Below are positions 53,801-62,387 of a stretch of DNA of 64,000 nt, in pieces; position 1 is the stretch's first letter, and each line of letters opens with the position of its first letter. The stretch comes from Myxococcota bacterium (GTDB lineage: Bacteria > Myxococcota > XYA12-FULL-58-9 > JABJBS01). A program made the position numbers and the translations under genes. The notes below the pieces were generated by a model. That model was not told the DNA's origin. It ran no database searches and worked only from the letters and a program-made list of their open reading frames with translations. The stretch is taken from NCBI GenBank assembly GCA_036339465.1, contig JAYZAY010000021.1:7612-71611 (forward strand). Reading direction: 5' to 3'.

Positions 53801-54587
53801 TTCGCCTCTCGCCTTCAATAAGCACGGGTCGTTTTGTGGTGTTGAGCCTAAGGATTTCGCCTAGGCTCCAACAATCTGATTCGAGATGCGTGCTCTGGGA
53901 TTGATTTTCTTCGGCCTGGGCCATGAGCGGCTCTGCGAAAAACCCACTCTCGGCGGATTCAGTCCATCTGAAGTCGAGTTTCGTTTCCGCACGTAGTCTC
54001 GCGGAAACGTGCACACGCCCTGGGGCCCCCTTTTCCTGTAAACACCTGGCATTGAAAAGAGCCGTACCTTCGAATGACCTTTCCCCTTCACCAGATCGGA
54101 TCACTTGGATCTTTCCAACATCAATCCCCACCCGAGCCTCAAGACGGATATTCGCTTTTGAGAGGAGTTGGTTCATTTCTTCGAGGTTGCGTTGTGTTTC
54201 AATCCCCGCCCGGATAGCCGCTTGGCCGGTGGATGAAGTGGAAGACTTGGGAGAGAAAAAAGCAATGAGTAAATCGCCCTCAAAGCGCTCGACCCATCCT
54301 CCGAACCGCTGGATTGTGCGTGTCAGAGTGCTCATCACCTGATAGATGATTCGCGTTAGATATTCATGGTCCAATTCCTCTGACAGAGAGGTAAAACCTC
54401 GAAAATCTAGACATAAAACAGCCCCAGGCGCTAAATGACACGAATCGTCGCCTTCTCTAAGATTCGCCGATTCCCAAAGATGCTCAATGGTTTTGATGCA
54501 CTCTTTGACATGTCGGATGGTAGAGGGATGTGTAAACGTATTTGATTGGGTCAATACCATATCTTTGTGTGCAACGATTCTAGTCAT
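50853..54587 (-). CDS. Multidomain signalling protein (1244 aa): two class III nucleotidyl cyclase domains, an AAA/NB-ARC-like ATPase and TPR repeats.
   Basis: CHD-1 is CLDFRGFTSL...FEGDLLIAFF. CHD-2 is VVAIFVELEE...CTIMALFG...GDVVNTASRL. The P-loop is INGGAGIGKRSLVNQF. The C-terminal third has TPR-like helical repeats. Confidence 0.75.
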   Translation of the reverse strand: MTRIVAHKDMVLTQSNTFTHPSTIRHVKECIKTIEHLWESANLREGDDSCHLAPGAVLCLDFRGFTSLSEELDHEYLTRIIYQVMSTLTRTIQRFGGWVERFEGDLLIAFFSPKSSTSSTGQAAIRAGIETQRNLEEMNQLLSKANIRLEARVGIDVGKIQVIRSGEGERSFEGTALFNARCLQEKGAPGRVHVSARLRAETKLDFRWTESAESGFFAEPLMAQAEENQSQSTHLESDCWSLGEILRLNTTKRPVLIEGERRNVVAIFVELEELEWAAQQKSPYFKSELEHQLQTLLCNIIEALGGYVDKVEKCTIMALFGVSQTTLSDVERALLSTLEIVEAISTVERFLEISPGSLRVRAGINYGPVTVAPDPLGHITALGDVVNTASRLYQLAAFGQIFTTASVVDVVQVGFEWRKRGNQKLRGKKESVVCFELLACSKNIERMDSNVSVKEKMPFVGRCDELVALTEKWQQTVVERQIPSIFIEINGGAGIGKRSLVNQFLTRCVPPSGIALRGKPAQFAKRPFNLWSGIFGEFLESWLKGARINSSLLNHLLGQLDSPSLARKLRNSEEVLRALIFGEVHPRVDNMSPEIRRREYTLAIYHACLSVAAINGFFLLVIESLEHVDSASFDTLAYVIRNWPHDQPLLLLATSEEPNRSRGFIKTASLNAIDNFILHLEPLSQGDSFHVLDVLLEKNTTSSIPISDAGRQLIIDRSRGFPLYLEEFSRLLEELFSDSPFRHCEVSDTELGIPQSLRELILARIDGFPNAVRETIKLASVLGDRFSLAEFCLIAAISSKSHYRDLLPHLLELQICERKETPLGSVYQFSHPLVREVSYHSMLQHNRQVLHRLFAEELEREPIISIASHAQNVARHWRDAKDWNRARPWAEKALDECVNNHQSKEGLEWVTYLQNHDGRNSLADNQERYCEILLKEDKLRAIDGQFEKRRVILDRLQSFSIAKTPSLQIELLYRQGIFVQQQGDIQEALQKYEAVTKIEVDANANHFKSLALCNQGYLQAELGNYSQARELIYRALDLCRVFRQLDTEGHCLGVLGNIHFESQYFEEALDCYEASFERFTQIGDRRWQGVAIGYRATTMGVLNRPAPRVREAFHTAINLHRDVNDREYLAYDLARFSAYCLDQDWQVEAEELLGKAGELLANHTFLKVEICLRAVRCRLDLKKDGNCDAGFMANWLKLKDLAGQLDLIPTNERLRNYQRLEEELRMCFHGDSMSSGATREQSHL

Positions 54588-54752
54588 GGAATGAAATAAA
54601 TTTGGTAAATCTTATTGAATATTGAAGGTTTTCCATAAGTAACTAAAGTATTTACGGTGAGTAAGATCACATCGCAATCCTGAGAATTTGTTTTGTGTAA
54701 AAGCATTGAGATATACACTGATTTCGAATCCTCCCCAAATTAGGACGGTCAT

Positions 54753-55574
54753 ATGACATTAATTACGAATGATAAAGACTCTGTGACCGGTTGCGACGTG
54801 GTCGAAGAAATGGGACATCTTTTACGAGATTTCGGCGCAAACCAAGACCGTCGGATTGTCTTTTTGCACGCGTACTGGATCATTTCCAAGCGCGTCATGG
54901 AAGCCGTTCGATTACCGCCGGATAAAAATCCATTTCTCGACGCCCAATGGGTTGAAAAATTAATGGTGACCTTTGCCGATCTTTATCTACGTACCATCGA
55001 TGAACGTCAGCTCTCCGTAAGACCCTGGAGCTATATCCACCACTTAGCCCAAAGCTCCAAAACCACAGTACTTCAGGATCTTCTTTTGGGCATCAACATC
55101 CATATTAACTTTGATCTGCCTGTTGCACTGATGACTGTGTTGAAGGGTGAACCATGGCAAGAGCATAGCCACTTGATTCGCCGTCGATTCGACCATCGGC
55201 AGATCAACGTCATCCTTGAATCCGCCATCGATCACATTCAGGATGAGTTGGCCAATTACTACGGCGGGGCAATTGGCGCACTCGACAGGCTAATGGCGCG
55301 AAATGATGAACGAATTGCTTCATTGGCCGTTCGATTCTTCCGTGAAGAAACCTGGGATTATGCCATCTCCTTATGTGCAACATCAGACCAAAGAGAACAA
55401 AAGGTTATCCGACATCGCATGGAAGGCGAAACGATGAGCATCGCCCAATCCTTGGGGGAACCAAAAGGTTTTATTCTCTCAATGTTGCTAAAGAGTATGC
55501 GTGCTTTTCGTCGAAAATACTTTACAGGCCCCTTACTACCGGCCTCAGCACTCAAGAGCGAGGTGTTAAATTAA
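54753..55574 (+). CDS. Hypothetical protein (273 aa).
   Basis: The ORF is clean. It is convergent with the ATPase-kinase gene and overlaps it by 4 bp. Confidence 0.4.
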   Translation: MTLITNDKDSVTGCDVVEEMGHLLRDFGANQDRRIVFLHAYWIISKRVMEAVRLPPDKNPFLDAQWVEKLMVTFADLYLRTIDERQLSVRPWSYIHHLAQSSKTTVLQDLLLGINIHINFDLPVALMTVLKGEPWQEHSHLIRRRFDHRQINVILESAIDHIQDELANYYGGAIGALDRLMARNDERIASLAVRFFREETWDYAISLCATSDQREQKVIRHRMEGETMSIAQSLGEPKGFILSMLLKSMRAFRRKYFTGPLLPASALKSEVLN

Positions 55575-58087
55575 GCGCGTTTTTTGATGCGCTTGGCTTG
55601 GAACTCAAGGCCTTCCGGTGATTCAAAAAAAGCCTCCAACATTTCATTGGCGCTGCGATAACGGTCATCCACATCCGCTGCCGTCATCTTATCAATCACT
55701 CCTTTTAAACCCGAAGATACATTCAATTCGGGGAGGGCCACTTGCCCAAAAGCAAGGCGTCGAACAATATCCATGGGTGAGTCTCCGGAAATAGGATGAC
55801 CTCCGTGAAGCATCGAAACCAACACAAGCCCCAAGGAAAATAGGTCGCTACGAATATCCAATAACTCTCCTCGGGCTTGCTCGGGGGACATGTAGTGGGG
55901 CGTTCCGATAAGAACTCCTTCCATGGTGTTAAAGTCTTCTTCCATGTCCCATTTTGCAATACCAAAATCTATCAAAATAGGCTCGCCATTTTCATTCAAA
56001 ATCACGTTATGGGGTTTCAGGTCGAGACGGTACACACCTTTATCTTCGAGATAAACCAATGCCTCAGCAAGCTTTAAGAAAATACTCATGGTCAATTCGA
56101 TTGAAACCACACCGCTCTCGATTAAGTCTGATAGTTTTTCGCCACGCACAAGGTCCATAACAATACCGAGGCGGTCACCATCATGCACGGTATCGTAAAA
56201 CCGTACGATATTGGGATGTCGGAGTTGCATCACTAGACCCATCTCGCGCCGAAATCTAGCCACCGCGTTCGAATCGGAATTTGCATGTCGGTGGCTTATT
56301 TTAACCGCCACTTCAGTATTGAGATTTCTATCCCACGCCTCCCAGACAGAACCCATCCCCCCATGACCAACCAACGCACGGAGTTCATAGCGTCCATCAT
56401 CTAAATATTCAGGTTCTTCGCTGATGGATGGAGATCGGCGCCATTGGCTTTCTGAACTACCCGGTTCGGCCGAAGGGTAAGTCTCAGGTGGAGCCGCAGC
56501 CGCAGGAGCGGGCATCACTTCGAAAGTAATGGGAATACATTCGGGCTGGGGCGCAGGTCCCATTCCCTCACGCTCCATGGATATTTCATGACGAATGTTC
56601 ATGTTCACTTTAAAGATTCTTGCTTGTGCTTCGGGCGCGTCTTCCATGAGGCGGATTGTATCCGTTTGAGACCGAATCTCCTCCAACAACCGGTGACCCA
56701 AGAGATGGTCCAATAATGCCTCTGTTTGTTTTCGAGACAGATGCAATAAAACATCGATGTCACCGCTCTTTTGGCTATCGTCAATGTCTTCAAGCGTAAA
56801 TGGCCGACCCCTGGTCTCAAGCAGCCAGTCAACGAGGTGGTAGGTTCCCAGTCGCCAACGGTCCTGGTCTAGAGCGTTGGGAAAAATAGGTTCCTCTGAA
56901 CCAGAGCTTGAAAAATCGAAAAGAATATTTTGAAGCAAAGCATAGAACTCTATCCTTTCCCAATCCTCATCATTCAATTTAATCTTTGCACGGCCACCGT
57001 CCTCCCAGCATACCAATTGATTTAAATTCTGATAGAGGCGCCGCGGAATGCCCCGGGCTTGATAATCCAAATAATCGGCAAGAATTCTTGAATTTTGACC
57101 CTTGTCAGAAACAACATGATTCAAGAGTGCGTTGGCTGATTCCCACATACATGGCAAATAGACACTCCAAGCAAAAACGCTCTCATAAACGGAATTTCCG
57201 CGCTGACTATCGTTTAGGAATCGTTCGTAAAGGTCGGCTCCAGCCACCACAATAAAATGAACACCACTCACCACAAGAGCATTCTTTATTCCCGTAAGAA
57301 GCGTCTCAAAACAGGCCTCACCTTCTGGGGTGGCCGTCAGTTTATCCAATTCATCGAGTATCACCACCAAGCGCATACTCCGTTCCGAATTTTCGCGAGT
57401 CCTAATCTTGAGTAGAGCCAGGAATGATTCCCAAACGCTTTTCTTAGGGGTCATACCCCGATTGAGAAGTTGAACCATCACCCCAAAATCGTGTTCAATA
57501 TCGCCTTCTGAATAAGCCAGATAGCTCCATTCTTGACCTCGACTCCTGCTTCGATTGGTCCGGCGATTGTAGGAAAAACCGCCAATGGATTGATGGCGAG
57601 GTGCCAGAGAACTTCCTTGTTCGCGACTGTCTACGTCGGCAGAGGAGGTTTTGATGGCAATGGAAGTGCGTAAATAGGCGAGTGCTATACGCTCCTGGGC
57701 TCGCTGATCTATTTTCGCCAAAAGCCCTCGGGTCTTCAGGGTTTCGTAGAGACGGCGAATGATTTCTATGAGGAGCTGCGTCGTGGTCATCGGTCGCGCA
57801 ATGTTAAGATGCACCGGCACCACGATTTCACCCTCTGACTCCAATGCATGAAGCGCCTGGGATACCACCGTGGTTTTACCCACGCCGCGAAAACCTCCCA
57901 CAAGGAAAGCACCACCACGAGAATATCTTAGTCGTTGGATCAGTCGTTTAATCCGAGCATCGCTTCCCAAAAGGGGCAGGGGATCACTACTTTGAACAAT
58001 TGGCTCGTGGACGTAACGGAAATGAGGCACCAGCTCTATCGCCTTGGGGTTACCAGCAGCTGCGATATCGGAATTATATTGAGCCAT
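55571..58087 (-). CDS. N-terminal P-loop NTPase (AAA/STAND-like) fused to a C-terminal Ser/Thr protein kinase (838 aa).
   Basis: The Walker A is FLVGGFRGVGKTTVV and the Walker B is VVILDELDKL. The kinase subdomains are GHGGMGSVW (Gly loop), EVAVKIS (beta3 Lys), YRLDLKPHNVIL (catalytic loop), IDFGIA (DFG) and YMSPEQ (APE). A Pro/Ala-rich linker separates the ATPase and the kinase. Confidence 0.75.
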   Translation of the reverse strand: MAQYNSDIAAAGNPKAIELVPHFRYVHEPIVQSSDPLPLLGSDARIKRLIQRLRYSRGGAFLVGGFRGVGKTTVVSQALHALESEGEIVVPVHLNIARPMTTTQLLIEIIRRLYETLKTRGLLAKIDQRAQERIALAYLRTSIAIKTSSADVDSREQGSSLAPRHQSIGGFSYNRRTNRSRSRGQEWSYLAYSEGDIEHDFGVMVQLLNRGMTPKKSVWESFLALLKIRTRENSERSMRLVVILDELDKLTATPEGEACFETLLTGIKNALVVSGVHFIVVAGADLYERFLNDSQRGNSVYESVFAWSVYLPCMWESANALLNHVVSDKGQNSRILADYLDYQARGIPRRLYQNLNQLVCWEDGGRAKIKLNDEDWERIEFYALLQNILFDFSSSGSEEPIFPNALDQDRWRLGTYHLVDWLLETRGRPFTLEDIDDSQKSGDIDVLLHLSRKQTEALLDHLLGHRLLEEIRSQTDTIRLMEDAPEAQARIFKVNMNIRHEISMEREGMGPAPQPECIPITFEVMPAPAAAAPPETYPSAEPGSSESQWRRSPSISEEPEYLDDGRYELRALVGHGGMGSVWEAWDRNLNTEVAVKISHRHANSDSNAVARFRREMGLVMQLRHPNIVRFYDTVHDGDRLGIVMDLVRGEKLSDLIESGVVSIELTMSIFLKLAEALVYLEDKGVYRLDLKPHNVILNENGEPILIDFGIAKWDMEEDFNTMEGVLIGTPHYMSPEQARGELLDIRSDLFSLGLVLVSMLHGGHPISGDSPMDIVRRLAFGQVALPELNVSSGLKGVIDKMTAADVDDRYRSANEMLEAFFESPEGLEFQAKRIKKRA

Positions 58088-58190
58088 CGAGAGCCTCCTC
58101 GAGGCATAAATACGGATATCGATGAAAAATCAAATTATTCGCGCGAACCGCCGTGGTTGCCATAAAAACACGGGAGATGAATTCGGATGA

Positions 58191-59387
58191 TTATCCCAAA
58201 GAAAGAGCCTCCCGTTTTCTACCCCAATCTCCTGGCACAGACTCAAAATGCCCAGGCACTGGAAGACCACATCCATTGCAAGAATTGTTTTCGATATTCC
58301 ACTCCCCCAAAACATACCAGTTTCGTTCAACTAAGCACTTTCCACACCCCGGGCACCAGGTACTTCCTCCCGCGCTGTCGTGGATATTTCCCGTATAAAC
58401 AAAGTGGAGCCCTGCTTCCAGAGCAATGGAACGCGCACGCGTTAGGGTGTCGCCTGGCGTTCTTATTTTGTCGAGAAGCTTGTAATCCGGATGAAACGCC
58501 GTGAAGTGTAGTGGTATGTCCGGGCCGAGGTGCTCAACCATCCAGCTGCTTAGCTTTTCAATTTCATCGATGGAATCGTTTTCATCGGGAATGAGTAGGG
58601 TTGTTACCTCAAACCAAACGTCGGTCTCTTCCTTCAAATAACAAAGCGTCTCCAACACGGGCTCCAAATGGGCAAAACAAAACTTGTGGTAGAATTGGTC
58701 CGTAAAGGCCTTCAGGTCGATATTGGCCGCATCCAAGCTCCCAAAGAATCGCTTCCGTGCCTTTGGAGAAATATAGCCTGCAGATACCGCCACCGACTTG
58801 ATTCCCAGATCACGACAAGCCTCTGCCGTGTCTACCGCGTATTCAAGGAAAATCACGGGATCGTTGTAGGTAAACGCCACGGAGGTGCATCCCTTGCTCG
58901 CGGCGGCTGCCGCTATATCCCGAGGTCCGGCGCGCGCGGAAAGCCGTTCTATTTCTCGAGCTTTGCTGATATCCCAATTTTGACAAAATCGGCATCCAAG
59001 GTTACAGCCCGCAGTACCGAAGGATAAAACCGGAGAGCCTGGGTAGAAATGATTCAGAGGTTTCTTCTCAATAGGGTCAATGCAAAACCCCGTGGACCGA
59101 CCATACGAAGTCAATACAACTTCACCATCTCGAGCTTCCCTAACAAAACAAAAAGCCCGCTGACCATCGTTCAGAGTGCAATGCCGGGGACAAACATCAC
59201 ATCGGATACGCCCGTTATCAAGTTGAGTATGAAACTCGCCTCGAACGACAAACGGCTCTATTTCCTCACGCATCCTTTCCATAAGTCTATTTACTCCCAT
59301 CAAAGACAGTTCAGCAATCCCCGGCCAAAACCATCGCCTTTCTTCTCGATCGAGTATACCATCATCCACCGATACCAAAACCCACAA
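58191..59387 (-). CDS. AmmeMemoRadiSam-system-type radical SAM enzyme.
   Basis: The N-terminal Cys cluster is CDVCPRHCTLNDGQRAFCFVR. It is followed by the radical SAM CNLGCRFCQNW (CxxxCxxC). The real start is probably an internal Met (MERMREE..., about 59282). Confidence 0.65.
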   Translation of the reverse strand: MWVLVSVDDGILDREERRWFWPGIAELSLMGVNRLMERMREEIEPFVVRGEFHTQLDNGRIRCDVCPRHCTLNDGQRAFCFVREARDGEVVLTSYGRSTGFCIDPIEKKPLNHFYPGSPVLSFGTAGCNLGCRFCQNWDISKAREIERLSARAGPRDIAAAAASKGCTSVAFTYNDPVIFLEYAVDTAEACRDLGIKSVAVSAGYISPKARKRFFGSLDAANIDLKAFTDQFYHKFCFAHLEPVLETLCYLKEETDVWFEVTTLLIPDENDSIDEIEKLSSWMVEHLGPDIPLHFTAFHPDYKLLDKIRTPGDTLTRARSIALEAGLHFVYTGNIHDSAGGSTWCPGCGKCLVERNWYVLGEWNIENNSCNGCGLPVPGHFESVPGDWGRKREALSLG

Positions 59388-59509
59388 ATTAAAAGAGCTA
59401 TGCGCGTCTTTTTATTTGAATTTATCAAAACTATTCGAATACTATTTTTAATGGGGGCTAGAGTCAGAAGCATTGAATTGACCTTAATTTTAAACTGCTA
59501 ATCAAACGG

Positions 59510-59905
59510 TTGGTGAAGAGGTACATCATGGCGACAAAAAAGATTTTGGTGGTAGACGATTCTCCTGAACTGAGAGAGAAACTGCACGAATTACTTGAAA
59601 CTCAAAGTTATGAGGTCGTTAAGGCCGCCGATGGCAAAGAAGGCCTTAGCAAGGCAAAAGAGGACCCCTACGACCTCATCATTGCCGACCTCAAGATGCC
59701 GGGACTCAATGGGCTAGAGATGCTGGCCGAAATACGCAAACAGGAACTCAATTCAAAAACACACAGCTTCCTACTCACCACCGAACCAGTCCAGGGCTAC
59801 ACTGAGCAGTTCCGAGCTGTGGGCAAGGCGACGTGGATCATGAAACCCTACACACCGCAGGTGTTATTGAGATCTATCGAATTGATGTTTGAGAAAGCTG
59901 GATAA
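59510..59905 (+). CDS. Single-domain response regulator (CheY-like receiver).
   Basis: ILVVDDSPELREKL...DLIIADLKMPGLNGLE...ATWIMKPYT carries the conserved DD, D and K positions. Confidence 0.8.
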   Translation: MVKRYIMATKKILVVDDSPELREKLHELLETQSYEVVKAADGKEGLSKAKEDPYDLIIADLKMPGLNGLEMLAEIRKQELNSKTHSFLLTTEPVQGYTEQFRAVGKATWIMKPYTPQVLLRSIELMFEKAG

Positions 59906-60360
59906 TTCAGGTCAGATCTTCTCTTGAGCTTTCCTGGCGCACCCATAACGCACGCCCTTCACATTTCTGGCAAAAACAATGGCGACAACGAATATCACCT
60001 AGGATATGCGCAATATCCTAAAAAGTAGGAAACCGCCCAGAAGCAACATCTTGGTAAAATCCATTGAAAAGGTTGTCGATCAACCAAAATAACGCGCCAT
60101 TTCTTCAATCAGAAGCCTATGTCCCATACAAGCCGTGGTCTCCGCGTTTTCAGAGTCGAAAAACCTTGCCGTTGCGCCATTGATTGCGATAGGCCCCAGG
60201 ATATTGCGGTCGAGGGATTTCATCTGCAGAGTTTCCGGGTGACTGGGTGCACCCAATCCGGAGAACCCATAGAGACTGCATTCTAGCAAAACTATTCCAG
60301 CCCAAAGCAAAACGTACCCTCAATGGGTAACGGAGATTATGGGCGGAAGGAGTATCAAAG

Positions 60361-61248
60361 ATGTGGCGGTGCATTGGGGTATGTTTGGTATTTGGTTGGA
60401 GCCTAGCTTGTTCCGGGGGCGAAAAGAACATTCAGACCGGGAATGATGCGGAAAAGACTGAAAAGGGTGAAGTAGCCCCATCAGAGGAGCAAACGTCTAC
60501 AATAAATCAGGACCGTTCGGGCCAAGATCATTCGACCCCACCCAAAAACACTGATTCCGATCATCCAAGTTGCCCAAATGTGGCGGACAAGCCAGACCCA
60601 GCAGAAAATGCCCAAGAAACAATTTGTAGGCAATATGCCACGCAGTCCCTCTCTCAATTTGACGGAGATCCTGAGGACACAGCCCAGAAATCCTGTGTTT
60701 TCGAGGCAGGGACAAACATCCTCACCTGCGAACTTGCCGGTGATGCAGTCTTTAACGCCACCACCATTACCACCTATCAATCGGTGCGAGCCTTTGTGCT
60801 CGAGGGGCAGACAGTGGGCAGCATTGGCTGGTTGACCCGAGTAAACCAAGAACCTTCAGGCACCGTTAATTACACTGAATCCTTAGAATTCGATGACCAA
60901 GGCAAAGCAACCTCACTTACGACCACCAGGGGAGGGGAAACAAGCCCCTATTGGACCGAAACCTACACCGCCTGGGACTCAGAGCATCGCCCCACCCAAG
61001 GATTGATGCAATTTGAGGGTCGATACGGTCGCTGCACAAACTGGGAAGTTTCAATTGAATACCAACAACCCGAGGGTCGAGTGACCCGAGAAGTGTTCGG
61101 GGGAAGCGGTGATGGATGTTACGATGAAACCGTGACTCGCACCTATGATGCACAAGGACATCTCCTCAAAGAAGTCACCACCAGCGATGGCGAGGACTAT
61201 GTTGAGGCAATAACCATTACGGCCCACGAGGAAATTTGCTCACAGTAA
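60361..61248 (+). CDS. Putative lipoprotein (295 aa).
   Basis: The signal peptide has a Cys at CLVFGWSLACSGG. The mature part is rich in Thr, Glu and Gly. Confidence 0.5.
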   Translation: MWRCIGVCLVFGWSLACSGGEKNIQTGNDAEKTEKGEVAPSEEQTSTINQDRSGQDHSTPPKNTDSDHPSCPNVADKPDPAENAQETICRQYATQSLSQFDGDPEDTAQKSCVFEAGTNILTCELAGDAVFNATTITTYQSVRAFVLEGQTVGSIGWLTRVNQEPSGTVNYTESLEFDDQGKATSLTTTRGGETSPYWTETYTAWDSEHRPTQGLMQFEGRYGRCTNWEVSIEYQQPEGRVTREVFGGSGDGCYDETVTRTYDAQGHLLKEVTTSDGEDYVEAITITAHEEICSQ

Positions 61249-61685
61249 CTCAATCACCCTAAATCAGGCCCTAGAAGCCATCCTGCTTACGTGACACCAC
61301 AATCACGGTAACCTTTTCCTACCTTAGTATCCACTCGCTTGTATTCCCTACTAGAAACCGACAAGTGCATCGTGCCTGAAAGTACATTGTGCCTGGAACA
61401 CCACCCATCGGCCACCAAGTGAATCTGTTCCTCTAGAATGGGGTTCCTAACCTACGATTCTCTACAATCCCCATCCATGCTGGTCTGAAAAATTCTCACG
61501 AATTATCGAGATGCCCCAAAAAAAAACGCCCTGAGTAGCACAGACCTGCATTTCAAACCTGGACACCACTGCTTAACTCGGTCTACACAGAGTCAGCGGC
61601 CGAACCCTGAATTCACGCTCCGAACAAAGGGGCTCCAAACCGTGCCCACGTAGGGCTCTCTGGCGCTTCGGGTAGCTGGTGTCGT

Positions 61686-62348
61686 TTGGTTTCATGGGAA
61701 ATCAGCATGAGAAATCAACACAGGACTTTAAGGGAATTTCATATGCAAAAAATACCCGACCACCCCCCAGGCGATGATGGGAAATCAGCTAGCGACAACG
61801 CCGTTCAAGTCCATGGCCCCGGCACCAAAGAGGGCATCGATGCTCGATGCCAAACCCGCCAAGTCAACCTTATTCAATTCAAGCTTAATGGTGAACCCTG
61901 TAGTGTCGCCGCACCCACCCATTGGACCCTCTTGGAATTGCTTCGCTACTCTTTGGGATTAACCGGCAGCAAACAGGGCTGCGACAAAGGTGATTGCGGC
62001 GCGTGCACAGTGCGATTAGACGGACTTCCGATTCTCTCGTGTATCTATCTGGCGATCCACGCCCACGGCCACGATGTTCAAACCGTAGAAGGACTGGGCG
62101 TCGGCGGTGACCCCCATCCCCTTCAGGATGCATTTGACCAATGCGGTGCAGCTCAATGCGGATTTTGTACCCCCGGTATCCTCATGAGTGCCGCCAACTT
62201 GCTCGACCGTAAACAAGCAGCTTCCACAAGCGACCTAACCCGGCAAGAAGTTGCCGAGGCCTTGGGCGGAAATCTTTGTCGCTGCACGGGCTACACAAAA
62301 ATTCTCGACGCCGTAGAAATGGCCTGGACCAAACTCGCTAAAGAATAA
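61686..62348 (+). CDS. (2Fe-2S)-binding small subunit of a molybdenum hydroxylase (xanthine dehydrogenase / CO dehydrogenase CoxS family).
   Basis: FKLNGEPCSV...LLELLRYSLGLTGSKQGCDKGDCGACTV...QCGFCTPGILMSA...LCRCTGYTKI carries both 2Fe-2S Cys clusters. The true start is probably the internal Met at about 61743 (MQKIPDH...). Confidence 0.8.
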   Translation: MVSWEISMRNQHRTLREFHMQKIPDHPPGDDGKSASDNAVQVHGPGTKEGIDARCQTRQVNLIQFKLNGEPCSVAAPTHWTLLELLRYSLGLTGSKQGCDKGDCGACTVRLDGLPILSCIYLAIHAHGHDVQTVEGLGVGGDPHPLQDAFDQCGAAQCGFCTPGILMSAANLLDRKQAASTSDLTRQEVAEALGGNLCRCTGYTKILDAVEMAWTKLAKE

Positions 62349-62387
62349 TGCATAGAGTCAACAACCGAATCAATCATAGGACTTAGC

